This document shows, one piece after another, positions 1-7,820 of a stretch of DNA of 38,017 nucleotides. Within the stretch, counting starts at the first letter, position 1. Each line of letters starts with the position of its first letter. Source of the stretch: a virus. The notes under the pieces are model-generated. The model was not told the origin of the DNA and made no database searches. It worked only from the letters and a program-made list of their open reading frames with translations. The stretch lies in the IMG/VR virus record IMGVR_UViG_3300045988_122921; one strand, written 5' to 3'. The position numbers and the translations under genes were made by a program.

Positions 1-21
1 TATTTCTTGTTAAAATACTAA
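1..21. repeat. attL core: 21-bp direct repeat TATTTCTTGTTAAAATACTAA, with an identical copy at 37997-38017
   Basis: Exact 21/21 match at the two window ends. The integrase gene lies just inside the left copy, and TTGAATACCA arm-type motifs lie inside both copies. The repeat may extend beyond the window. Confidence 0.8.
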
Positions 22-61
22 TAAGAAGTACGACTGTTGGTATACATGTTTTTTTGAAATA

Positions 62-86
62 TTGAATACCAAATTGAATACCAAAT
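62..86 (+). promoter_or_regulatory. Tandem TTGAATACCAAA x2 (62-73, 75-86); putative integrase arm-type binding sites
   Basis: Perfect 12-bp tandem copies directly downstream of the int stop. A third copy, TTGAATACCA, lies at 37885-37894 near attR, and a degenerate inverted copy (TTGGTATA) at 37-44. Confidence 0.55.
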
Positions 87-87
87 T

Positions 88-1221
88 TTAAAAATTAGCA
101 TAATTTGACAACTTATCAATTGCTTTTCTTTCAGAAGACTTGGTTACATGAGTGTAAATATCCATCGTGGTATTAACGTTAGTGTGGCCAAGTCTTTTCT
201 GCACATCTTTAATTGTAGCTCCCGATTCGAATAACAAAGAAGCATGAGTATGTCTAAATGAGTGAGGGGATAGAGATGTTTTCATTTCCGATGACAAAAG
301 AAAATTAATGTGTTCTGGATAATGTAAAGTGTTATTCTTTCTATGAAAAATAAGCTGTTTATCATTACTTTTAGTTTTAAAACCATATTTTAACAATTCT
401 TGCTTTTGATGTTTTTTCCAGACAATTAATTCAGATACAGTTGTATCATCAAGGCCTATGGTTCTATTAGAAGCTTTTGTCTTAGGAGTCGATATAATGT
501 ATTCCTTGCCTATTCTTGTAAGTGTTTTATTTACGGTTAATTGTTTGTATGAAATGTTAATATCTTCCCATGTTAAGGCGTATAATTCTCCTTTTCTGAT
601 TCCTGTAAATGCTAAGACACGGAATATTAAATAGTCTTGAAAGTTTAGTGTTTCTTTCGCTTCCGCAAGAAAATCTTTTAGTTCGGATAGTTCTAAAAAC
701 TGTTTCTTTTTTGTTTCATTTGTTTTATCTTTTTTTGGCATTACAACATATTGCATGGGGTTAATATCTATAATATCCTGAGCAACAGCATAGTGTAACA
801 TTTTTTGGGTTATTGATTTTAGTAGATGAAATGCTGAATATTCTTTACTCCATTTATTGACCGCTTTTTGACACATTAGTTTTGTTAATTTATTAATTTT
901 AATGTTGCCAAACTCTGGCAAGATGTGAAGCCTAAACATACGCTCTGTATGGCCTGCTGTGATAGGTTTAACTGTATTTACATATTGGGCATACCAAAGC
1001 TCGTATACGTCTTTAAACGTGCTGTAATTCTGTTTTACGAAACCTTTGGAATCCACTTCAAGTTCTAGCCTAGATAATGCCAACTTTGCTTCTTTCTGTG
1101 TTCTAAAACCACGACGTGTGGTGCGTCTGCTTTTACCCGTTACTGGATCAACACCTAAATACGCGTTGAACATATAGGCTGTTGATCCATCTTTTTTTGT
1201 ATATTTTTTTATTGAAGCCAT
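88..1221 (-). CDS. int: Tyrosine integrase (phage integrase family) with an N-terminal arm-binding-type domain
   Basis: C-terminal HSFRHTHASLL...LGHTNVNTTMDIYTHV gives the R-H-R-Y catalytic pattern. The start is taken at ATG 1221 (MASIKKY...), 9 nt after an AAGGAG RBS. The track ORF begins at 1230. Confidence 0.95.
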   Translation of the reverse strand: MASIKKYTKKDGSTAYMFNAYLGVDPVTGKSRRTTRRGFRTQKEAKLALSRLELEVDSKGFVKQNYSTFKDVYELWYAQYVNTVKPITAGHTERMFRLHILPEFGNIKINKLTKLMCQKAVNKWSKEYSAFHLLKSITQKMLHYAVAQDIIDINPMQYVVMPKKDKTNETKKKQFLELSELKDFLAEAKETLNFQDYLIFRVLAFTGIRKGELYALTWEDINISYKQLTVNKTLTRIGKEYIISTPKTKASNRTIGLDDTTVSELIVWKKHQKQELLKYGFKTKSNDKQLIFHRKNNTLHYPEHINFLLSSEMKTSLSPHSFRHTHASLLFESGATIKDVQKRLGHTNVNTTMDIYTHVTKSSERKAIDKLSNYANF

Positions 1222-1282
1222 ATCTAGCAACTCCTTTATTCAAATTTCATTGTGGAAATATTATCTAAAAATATTTCTAATC

Positions 1283-1450
1283 TTACTCTCCAATATCTTT
1301 TAGTTGTAAAAATAATTTGGCATAGTCGGATTTTAGCTCTTGATACTCTTCTTCAGTGAATCTATAACTTGGACCAGTACGAAGGTTTAAGTGTATATAG
1401 TCAATGTTCAATTCTTCGCATAATCGTTTTTCTACTTCATATTTATTCAT
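1283..1450 (-). CDS. Small hypothetical protein, 55 aa (MNKYEVEKRLCEELNIDYIHLNLRTGPSYRFTEEEYQELKSDYAKLFLQLKDIGE)
   Basis: Below the ORF-track cutoff. ATG at 1450 is preceded by an AGGAGG RBS (rc of 1457-1462) with 6-nt spacing, and the frame is open to TAA at 1283-1285. Confidence 0.55.
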   Translation of the reverse strand: MNKYEVEKRLCEELNIDYIHLNLRTGPSYRFTEEEYQELKSDYAKLFLQLKDIGE

Positions 1451-1489
1451 ATTGATCCTCCTTGGGGAATGTATGTTCTTGTGTGGCTG

Positions 1490-1509
1490 AAAAGAAAAGC
1501 CCGAAGGCT
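1490..1509 (-). terminator. Rho-independent terminator of the 1515-2105 gene
   Basis: On the minus strand: AGCC-UUCG-GGCU tetraloop hairpin followed by UUUUCUUU. The stem is short (4 bp). Confidence 0.5.
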
Positions 1510-1514
1510 AATCT

Positions 1515-2105
1515 TTATACTGTTGCTTTGAATTTTGCAGCTTTTTCAAATGATACAATAGGGCTAAATTGAATTTCTATTTCTCCAGGTTGATTTAACC
1601 CGAAGTGGGCAATACAGTCCATTTCTTTTCCAGAAGCTACCGATCCCATCGTGTTGTCATTCGGATACGTTTCGGCTTTTTTGTTATCAGAGCCGTATAC
1701 TTCAATATCCATACCCACTGGAATATCTTTATCGCCGTTGTTTTTAACAATATATGAAACTTTAACAACCTGTGCAGGTTGTTTTTCAGTAAATTCATTA
1801 CGTTCTTCTGTAAGTTCCACTCCCGTTAGGGTATATTCTGCATTTCCTACTTTGACTGTATCGCCGATATTATAAAATTTATTTTCCTCTTTTTTATCTT
1901 TTGATTTTGAATTTTTGCTTGTTGATGATTGATTAACTTTTTCTCCACCGTTAGAAGAATCTTTTTTGTCATTACCACCAAGCGATCCTCCAATAATTAT
2001 TAAAACAATAACAGCCAATACCCAAAACCAAATTTTTTTATAAAAAGGTTTTTTCTCTTTCATAGTATAAGTTTTACCGTCTTCGCCTATCACTTTTTTT
2101 GCCAT
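1515..2105 (-). CDS. Membrane-anchored protein with a DUF4352-like beta-rich ectodomain; candidate lysogenic-conversion or superinfection-exclusion cargo
   Basis: N-terminal TM helix (IWFWVLAVIVLIIIGGSLGG), a low-complexity linker, then a GDTVKVGNAEYTLTGVEL...VKVSYIVKNNGDKDI pattern typical of DUF4352. Sits between int and the repressor. Confidence 0.7.
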   Translation of the reverse strand: MAKKVIGEDGKTYTMKEKKPFYKKIWFWVLAVIVLIIIGGSLGGNDKKDSSNGGEKVNQSSTSKNSKSKDKKEENKFYNIGDTVKVGNAEYTLTGVELTEERNEFTEKQPAQVVKVSYIVKNNGDKDIPVGMDIEVYGSDNKKAETYPNDNTMGSVASGKEMDCIAHFGLNQPGEIEIQFSPIVSFEKAAKFKATV

Positions 2106-2163
2106 TTTTTCTCCTCTTTCTGATATAATTTTTTTATACTCATAGCTCTCTATAAGAGAAATG

Positions 2164-2181
2164 CCCGTGTTAGCGCACGGG
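2164..2181 (-). terminator. Hairpin CCCGTG-TTAGCG-CACGGG downstream of the repressor gene; possibly bidirectional
   Basis: 6-bp GC-rich stem immediately after the cI-like stop (2187), with T-rich flanks on both strands. Confidence 0.5.
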
Positions 2182-2186
2182 ACTTT

Positions 2187-2915
2187 TTATATAATTACAC
2201 GTCCGATTACATATAGATCATCTAATTCGTCAGCGTAAAAATCAGGATATAATCGATTTCCATCTTCATCTAATTCGGTATTTAGAGACACCAAACGTAG
2301 CCTAGTTCCTTCTAGGTACATTTTTTTAATAAATGCTTCGCCATTTATTTCAATTGCCCCAATCTGTCCATTATAGATATCCATAGTTTCTTTTACAAAA
2401 ACAATTTCACCATCTTGAAAAGTAGGGTACATACTGTCTCCACAAACTTGGAATGCTAAATCATACTGCGAAGGAGCTGAGCCTACTTCAACAATTTCTA
2501 TACAACCTTTGTCATTAAATGCACCTCCACCAGCTGATAATCTGCCTGAAAGTTCTACAGTAGTTGTATTTGTTGGCATGAAAGCAATAACTTTATTATT
2601 AGATGTATTTCTTTTTTGCTCTTCTAATTGATGCTCGGCATACCTACATACTTTTTGCTTTCTTGTAGTATCTAACTTATTATAGATAGCTTCTATCGAA
2701 GAAAAATCATTCGAAGTGTTCCAGCCCATCAATTCTTCGGGAGTTGTTTTTAGAATTTTAGCAATAGTTATCAATCTCTCTGTAGGTAGTTTTTCGATAT
2801 CGCCTTTTTCATATCTAAAAATTGTTGAACGTGATACACCAAGTTCATTAGCGATTTTATCAGCGCTAATATTCAATTCTTTTCTTCTTAATTTCATGCG
2901 TTCGCCTACATTCAT
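2187..2915 (-). CDS. CI-like prophage repressor: XRE-type HTH plus LexA/S24 peptidase domain
   Basis: N-terminus LRRKELNISADKIANELGVSRSTIFRYEKG (HTH_XRE). C-terminus ...VCGDSMYPTFQDGEIVFVK...AFIKKM (S24 Ser/Lys dyad pattern). Start at ATG 2915 after a GGAGGTG RBS. The track extension to 3008 has no RBS. Confidence 0.92.
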   Translation of the reverse strand: MNVGERMKLRRKELNISADKIANELGVSRSTIFRYEKGDIEKLPTERLITIAKILKTTPEELMGWNTSNDFSSIEAIYNKLDTTRKQKVCRYAEHQLEEQKRNTSNNKVIAFMPTNTTTVELSGRLSAGGGAFNDKGCIEIVEVGSAPSQYDLAFQVCGDSMYPTFQDGEIVFVKETMDIYNGQIGAIEINGEAFIKKMYLEGTRLRLVSLNTELDEDGNRLYPDFYADELDDLYVIGRVII

Positions 2916-2934
2916 TTTATCACCTCCAATAATT

Positions 2935-3049
2935 ATTATATATTGCATATTGCATAATTGCAACAAAAATAATTGCATAAATGCAACTTTTTTGTTGACT
3001 GATAACATTCAAGGTGGTATATTACAAATATCAAGTCGCATAAATGCGA
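2935..3049. promoter_or_regulatory. Immunity switch: divergent promoters plus three 14-bp operators
   Basis: Rightward promoter: TTGACT (2995-3000), 17 nt, TATATT (3018-3023). Leftward promoter: TTGCAA (rc 2958-2963), 17 nt, TATAAT (rc 2935-2940). Operators fit T(T/C)GCAT-AA-(A/T)TGC(A/G)A at 2950-2963, 2973-2986 and 3036-3049. Confidence 0.7.
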
Positions 3050-3069
3050 TTTTAGAGAGAGGTGTTATA

Positions 3070-3333
3070 ATGATTAATGTTGCTAAATTAAAAGGCCTAA
3101 TTGTTGAAAGAGGAACGACCCAACAAGCTGTAGCTGATTCTATTGGTATAGACAGAAGTACTTTCTACAGAAAAATGAAAAAAGGTGGAGATTTTTCTAT
3201 AGAAGAGGCAAAAGGCATTAAAGAACAGATTCCGTTATCAGATGCAGAAGCGATAGAAATTTTTTTTGGTAAAGAAGTCGCATTTACGCTACAAAGAAAA
3301 GGTTTAGGGGTGGGAACTGATGACCACGTTTGA
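3070..3333 (+). CDS. Cro-like small HTH regulator (87 aa)
   Basis: MINVAKLKGLIVERGTTQQAVADSIGIDRSTFYRKMK is an HTH. ATG 3070 follows GAGAGAGGTG. Divergent from the repressor. The upstream part of track ORF 2716-3333 is antisense to cI. Confidence 0.85.
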   Translation: MINVAKLKGLIVERGTTQQAVADSIGIDRSTFYRKMKKGGDFSIEEAKGIKEQIPLSDAEAIEIFFGKEVAFTLQRKGLGVGTDDHV

Positions 3334-3616
3334 AGAAGCGCTAAAACCATTGTTTGATCAGTGGTTAGAGGAAGCATTGCCAGAAATAGGGTGTAGGTTT
3401 AGACAGGAGATTGAATTGGAGCTAGATGCTAAAAACCAACAAACATTATTCAATCAAACGGAAATGGCGAAACGGCAAGGTGTTTCTGTAGAAACATTTA
3501 GAAAATGGCGGAAAGCTGGCTTGCAAGCAGAACCTAATCCTACTGGTAAATTGTTATTTGATTTAAATAAAGTTAATAACTGGCGAAAAGATAATGTTGC
3601 TAAGAAAGAACTTTAA
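3320..3616 (+). CDS. Small DNA-binding protein, excisionase/MerR-like HTH (candidate Xis)
   Basis: FNQTEMAKRQGVSVETFRKWRKAGL matches an HTH_17-like motif. Located in the early operon. Confidence 0.55.
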   Translation: MTTFEEALKPLFDQWLEEALPEIGCRFRQEIELELDAKNQQTLFNQTEMAKRQGVSVETFRKWRKAGLQAEPNPTGKLLFDLNKVNNWRKDNVAKKEL

Positions 3617-3635
3617 CTAGATAAGGAGGCAGAAC

Positions 3636-3806
3636 ATGAATAAAAATAATGTAAAGCAAGACTTAACCACTCAAGAAATTGCAAAATTGATTATGGAAAT
3701 CAAACTTGGAATTTTACAACAATTAGAAAAAGCGCTTGACCAGGCTATAAAAGAGAAAAACTCCACAATGGTTGCAGCCATTGCAGAGATTTTGAAAAGT
3801 TATTGA
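3636..3806 (+). CDS. Small hypothetical protein, 56 aa (MNKNNVKQDLTTQEIAKLIMEIKLG...)
   Basis: Not in the track. AAGGAGG RBS 6 nt upstream of ATG 3636, open to TGA at 3804-3806. Confidence 0.6.
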   Translation: MNKNNVKQDLTTQEIAKLIMEIKLGILQQLEKALDQAIKEKNSTMVAAIAEILKSY

Positions 3807-4024
3807 TTTTCATTTGTTAAATTTTCAGGCAATTCGTTATTTGTAATAGTCTTGAAAAAGTCTAGATAGGCTTGAGCAACTTCTTTAGTTGTAACAGGAT
3901 TACCTTTCACAGAAGTTCGGCCAATTTCATTTGATATTTCAGAATTATGTGCTAACCATGCGACTACAAGGTCAACAGCTAATTCGTTTTTTCTTTTATT
4001 AGTCTGTTCCAATATTTTCACCAC
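3800..4024 (-). CDS. Hypothetical protein, 74 aa, transcribed against the early operon
   Basis: Track ORF with a GTG start and a weak RBS. Opposite orientation suggests an inserted moron. Confidence 0.45.
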   Translation of the reverse strand: MVKILEQTNKRKNELAVDLVVAWLAHNSEISNEIGRTSVKGNPVTTKEVAQAYLDFFKTITNNELPENLTNENQ

Positions 4025-4088
4025 CTTATGAATTATTTCAGCAGACCATTTGCTGATAAGAAAATTATACCAGAAAGGAAATAAACAA

Positions 4089-4304
4089 ATGAGTGAATTA
4101 AAACCATACTATGCAGAAATGTCTAAAGAAGAGTTAATCAAAATAATTGAGCATCAACATCAGGAACTTCTAATTATTGATGCGATAAAAAATGAATACA
4201 AAAAGCATTTAGAGCAAGTGATTGTTTATCATTCAGTAGAAAATTATCGTGATACAGTCCGAAAAAATAGAGAAGTAGCTGTAACTACTCCTCAAAAAAA
4301 CTAA
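4089..4304 (+). CDS. Hypothetical protein, 71 aa (MSELKPYYAEMSKEELIKIIEHQ...)
   Basis: ATG 4089 follows GAAAGGAA. It shares the 28-nt leader AATTATACCAGAAAGGAA.TAAAC.AAATG with the Rha gene at 4573. Confidence 0.6.
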   Translation: MSELKPYYAEMSKEELIKIIEHQHQELLIIDAIKNEYKKHLEQVIVYHSVENYRDTVRKNREVAVTTPQKN

Positions 4305-4519
4305 CCGTGATGACAAGGTTTACAACAATAATAACAACCATCGAACTTAAACCCTCTGCCAGCGTTGGCTTCTTCAAGCGACTGAATAGCTGCATGGCAA
4401 GAAGAATATTCGCCCACTACCAATTGTCGTTCTGTAGATGGTAGGTATTTACATGTTGAAACATGCACTTCGTGTAACCCCTTATCGTCTGCTTGTTTGT
4501 TACAAATATAAGTAAACAT
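4301..4519 (-). CDS. Small Cys/His-rich putative metal-binding protein, 72 aa
   Basis: MFTYICNKQ...HEVHVSTCKYLP...CHAAIQSLEEANAGRGFKFDGCYYCCKPCHHG. ATG 4519 follows a GAGGTG RBS. The motif resembles small Ada-Zn-binding-like proteins, from memory only. Confidence 0.6.
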   Translation of the reverse strand: MFTYICNKQADDKGLHEVHVSTCKYLPSTERQLVVGEYSSCHAAIQSLEEANAGRGFKFDGCYYCCKPCHHG

Positions 4520-4572
4520 AATATTTTTCACCTCGCTTTCAAAATAATTATACCAGAAAGGAAGTAAACCAA

Positions 4573-5283
4573 ATGACAAATTTAGTAATTATGAAAAACC
4601 AGCAAGCAGTAACAAGTAGTTTACAAGTTGCAGAAACTTTCGGAAAAGAACACAAAGTTGTTCTAAAAGCCATTGATGAATTAAAAGAGGGGGTGGCACA
4701 AAATTATGCCGACCTATTTTACGAAGATACCTACATTCATCCACAAAACAAACAATCTTATCGCCAAGTTATTATGAATCGCGACGGCTTCACTTTGTTA
4801 GCAATGGGGTTCACTGGTCAAAAAGCTTTGCAATTTAAATTGAAATATATTGAAGCTTTTAATCAAATGGAAAAAGAAATTCAACAGCCTAAACTTCCAA
4901 CCTCGCAAAGACAATTGGCGATGCTTGCTTTATCAGCAAATGAAGAAACAAATGAGCGTGTAGATGTAATTGAAAAAGAAGTAGCCGACTTAAAAGACAA
5001 TCAAAAAATCGGTGCAGATGATTATGGCTACTTATCACGTCGAGTTCATCAACGAGTAGCAGAAGTAGCAAGAGGATTTGGAAAAATCACAAAGGAACAG
5101 CGTGGCAAGCTATACAAAGATATTAATTCAGGTATTAAGCAAATCACAGGCGTGGGGACCCGATCACAATTAAGAGAAAAACATTATCCAATGGTAATTG
5201 AATATATCAATGACTGGGAGCCGTCCACAGCCACAAAAACAGTTGTAAGACAAATGAGTTTTGACTTAAACGACATAGCGTAG
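4573..5283 (+). CDS. Rha-family phage regulatory protein / antirepressor (Rha N-domain plus ORF6C-like C-domain)
   Basis: N-terminus LVIMKNQQAVTSSLQVAETFGKEHKVVLKAIDEL is the Rha signature. The coiled C-terminal domain is typical of antirepressors. Confidence 0.8.
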   Translation: MTNLVIMKNQQAVTSSLQVAETFGKEHKVVLKAIDELKEGVAQNYADLFYEDTYIHPQNKQSYRQVIMNRDGFTLLAMGFTGQKALQFKLKYIEAFNQMEKEIQQPKLPTSQRQLAMLALSANEETNERVDVIEKEVADLKDNQKIGADDYGYLSRRVHQRVAEVARGFGKITKEQRGKLYKDINSGIKQITGVGTRSQLREKHYPMVIEYINDWEPSTATKTVVRQMSFDLNDIA

Positions 5284-5293
5284 GGAGAACATT

Positions 5294-5479
5294 ATGGCTT
5301 ATACAACTGAACAAGAGGCTTGGATACTCAACCAAATCAAAAAAGAGCGGAAACAGCTACAAGATGATAGAGCAGCGCTTAGACAATCAGAACAACTGAC
5401 CGAAGGAAAAGCATATCAAATTGAAAAAGAACTCGAATTTTTAAGATACTTAGAGATTCAAAATAGAATGCATATTTAA
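5294..5479 (+). CDS. Hypothetical coiled-coil protein, 61 aa
   Basis: Track ORF with an AGGGAG RBS 6 nt upstream. Confidence 0.6.
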   Translation: MAYTTEQEAWILNQIKKERKQLQDDRAALRQSEQLTEGKAYQIEKELEFLRYLEIQNRMHI

Positions 5480-5490
5480 GGAGAAATGAA

Positions 5491-5664
5491 ATGAGAAAAA
5501 TTTATAACTTAAGAAGAATTGCAGTATTGCTAATCGTATTCGGACTAGGACTGCTAGTAGGCGGAGATTTTAATCCGATTATCCAAAATGTATATATCGG
5601 CTTATTCATCATTTGGACACTGTTTTATGATCTGGCACTTGAAGATAGAGAGGTAAATAAATGA
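5491..5664 (+). CDS. Small membrane protein, 57 aa (MRKIYNLRRIAVLLIVFGLGLLVGG...)
   Basis: Not in the track. AAGGAG RBS 7 nt upstream, and two hydrophobic segments. Confidence 0.6.
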   Translation: MRKIYNLRRIAVLLIVFGLGLLVGGDFNPIIQNVYIGLFIIWTLFYDLALEDREVNK

Positions 5665-5786
5665 CAAGGAAAGAAAAACTACAGCAAACGAAAAAACTTG
5701 CTGATTTATGGTACCAGCAACAAAAAAATCAAATATACATTATGCAACAAAAAGAGAGAAGGGAATTTAGATGTTTAAAGCAGTAG
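5661..5786 (+). CDS. Small hypothetical protein, 41 aa (MTRKEKLQQTKKLADLWYQQQ...)
   Basis: Not in the track. ATGA overlap with the previous ORF, and a GAGAGG RBS. Confidence 0.45.
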   Translation: MTRKEKLQQTKKLADLWYQQQKNQIYIMQQKERREFRCLKQ

Positions 5787-5926
5787 GAAAAGATAGTTTG
5801 AAAATTTACGTGGTTGAGGATACGAAAGCCCTGGTATTTCAAAAGCTTAAAGAAAAATATCCAGACACTGCGATAAATAAGGCTGTATTTCCAGAAGCGT
5901 TATTTATCCAAGAAACAAAAAAGTGA
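5771..5926 (+). CDS. Small hypothetical protein, 51 aa (MFKAVGKDSLKIYVVEDTKALVF...)
   Basis: Not in the track. AGAAGGG RBS 7 nt upstream. Confidence 0.5.
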   Translation: MFKAVGKDSLKIYVVEDTKALVFQKLKEKYPDTAINKAVFPEALFIQETKK

Positions 5927-5982
5927 CTTCCGCCGGCAAGCAAAAAGTCACAAACAAAATTAATTGATAGGAGAATTATAGC

Positions 5983-6219
5983 ATGAGAGTGGAAGTGGAT
6001 TCAATGCAAAGAATTGTCTTAATTGATAATCATTCACCTTATGGATCACTGATTTTTGAAAAGGATGCTATTAATAATCATGTTGCTGTTTACCAAGATA
6101 GCGAAGATGAAGAAGTTAGAACAGTATTCGAGAGTTTAGATGAAAGTGCTTATTTTAATCAACTTGAATTAATCAAAGGACTTCAAAAAGTTATTTCATT
6201 ACTGAAAGAAGGGGAATAA
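5983..6219 (+). CDS. Hypothetical acidic protein, 78 aa
   Basis: Track ORF with a TAGGAG RBS. Confidence 0.6.
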   Translation: MRVEVDSMQRIVLIDNHSPYGSLIFEKDAINNHVAVYQDSEDEEVRTVFESLDESAYFNQLELIKGLQKVISLLKEGE

Positions 6220-6897
6220 ATGAACGAGAACAGTGAAAATTTAAAAGAATTGTTTGATGGGATGTATAAGCTAAAAAGCAAATTAATTCAACCAAGATTT
6301 GACGCAGAAGTGGCCTACTCAACGAAAAAAGGTCCAATGAATTTCCAATATGCAACTCTAAAAGTGATTGAAGAAGCAATTAGAAAAGCTGCACAAGAAT
6401 CCGAAAGCGGAATTGATTTTCAACAAAATGTCGTCAATGAGAATAATGCGTTAAAAGTCACAACAATTATTACTCATGTTAGCGGTCAATATATAGTTCA
6501 TGGACCTTTTGAATTTCCAAACAGCGGGACAAATCCTCAAGGATTAGGAAGTTTAACGACATATGCAAGACGTTACTCGCTTTCGGCAGCGTTTGGAATT
6601 GCAGCAGATAAAGACGACGATGGCCAAACGGCAGCTGAAAAGAACAATGATACATCGAAAGTTAATTTGATTAGCGGTAAACAGTTAGCCACGTTAAACG
6701 ATCATATCAGACAACTTTCTGAGTTATCGAATTCTGAACTTGACTATGTGCGGAATGAACTAAGTAAAGAATTGAATGTTGATGTCAATGAAAACATGCC
6801 GTCTAGTATGTTCAATAAAGCTGTTGAAGTTCTGAAACAATGGATACAACAATTCCAGCCACAACCAGAAGAAAACATTACATGGGGGCAAAGCTAA
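6220..6897 (+). CDS. erf: ERF-family single-strand annealing recombinase
   Basis: QGLGSLTTYARRYSLSAAFGIAADKDDDGQ is the ERF signature. Located at the head of the recombination/replication module. Confidence 0.85.
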   Translation: MNENSENLKELFDGMYKLKSKLIQPRFDAEVAYSTKKGPMNFQYATLKVIEEAIRKAAQESESGIDFQQNVVNENNALKVTTIITHVSGQYIVHGPFEFPNSGTNPQGLGSLTTYARRYSLSAAFGIAADKDDDGQTAAEKNNDTSKVNLISGKQLATLNDHIRQLSELSNSELDYVRNELSKELNVDVNENMPSSMFNKAVEVLKQWIQQFQPQPEENITWGQS

Positions 6898-7820
6898 TGA
6901 CAAACGAATTAACAACAGAATTGCAGTTTAATGTTGATTTTAAAGCTAGTAAAATCACTATCCAAAATGAAGCACAGTTGGCTGAGATGGTTGAGAGCGC
7001 AGTTAAGCACTATTCAACAATGATTTTCACAGATGAAAACATTCCTGAAGCTAAAAAAGCAAGAGCAGACTTAAATAAAGTTGTAACGTTGCTAGATGAT
7101 CAACGTAAAGAAGTTAAAAATCAATATGATAAGCCGTTAAAAGATTTTGAGGAAAAAATAAAAAAATATACTGAAAAAATAAGTGAAGTTAGTTCAGAAA
7201 TTAACGAAAGCATCAAATCATACGAAGAAGCAGAGAAGCAGAAACGAAGCAAAAAGCTTCAAAAAGTGATTGCTGAAATGTCTGAAAACTACAATGTATC
7301 CATTGACGAAATTGAAATTCCTAGTTCGTGGACTAATAAAACAGCTTTCACAGTTAAAGGTGAACCAAATAAGAAAACTATTGAGGAAATAGCGGCATCG
7401 ATGGTAGCAGTTGCATCTGAAAAAGAACGTATAAAAAACGATAAGCTCATTGTTGAAAATTATGCTAAGGCAGTTGGCCTTGACTCGTTTTCTTGGGTCG
7501 CATTAATCGATAAAGGGTCTACTGCACCAGAACTGATAAAAGAAATTGATTCCGCCGTTGCTTTAAAAAAAGAACAAGAAGAACGTGAAAGAGCAAAAAG
7601 GGAACACGACGAAGCCATTGCTGCTTTGAAAACTGAAACAATCAACAATAAAACGGTTGACACTGCGACAGGTGAAATCATCACGGAAAAAGCGCCAAAA
7701 ACCAGCAAAAAACAACAAGAGAAAACAGTTACGTTAAGACTAACAGCAGAGCATCAAAAGTTAGTTGCTCTAAACAATTTTATTATTAATAACGGGATTC
7801 AAGTGGAAGTGATTGAATGA
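6897..7820 (+). CDS. DUF1351-like coiled-coil protein, accessory to the recombination module
   Basis: TAATG overlap with erf. A Lys/Glu-rich coiled coil at the position and size typical of DUF1351 proteins in Firmicute siphophages. Confidence 0.6.
   Translation: MTNELTTELQFNVDFKASKITIQNEAQLAEMVESAVKHYSTMIFTDENIPEAKKARADLNKVVTLLDDQRKEVKNQYDKPLKDFEEKIKKYTEKISEVSSEINESIKSYEEAEKQKRSKKLQKVIAEMSENYNVSIDEIEIPSSWTNKTAFTVKGEPNKKTIEEIAASMVAVASEKERIKNDKLIVENYAKAVGLDSFSWVALIDKGSTAPELIKEIDSAVALKKEQEERERAKREHDEAIAALKTETINNKTVDTATGEIITEKAPKTSKKQQEKTVTLRLTAEHQKLVALNNFIINNGIQVEVIE

Noticed and set aside
2916-3069. N-terminal extensions of the track ORFs for the repressor (to 3008) and Cro (from 2716)
   Set aside because: The extensions cross the divergent promoter and operator region and lack RBSs. 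Internal ATGs with strong RBSs give products starting at conserved HTH N-termini.
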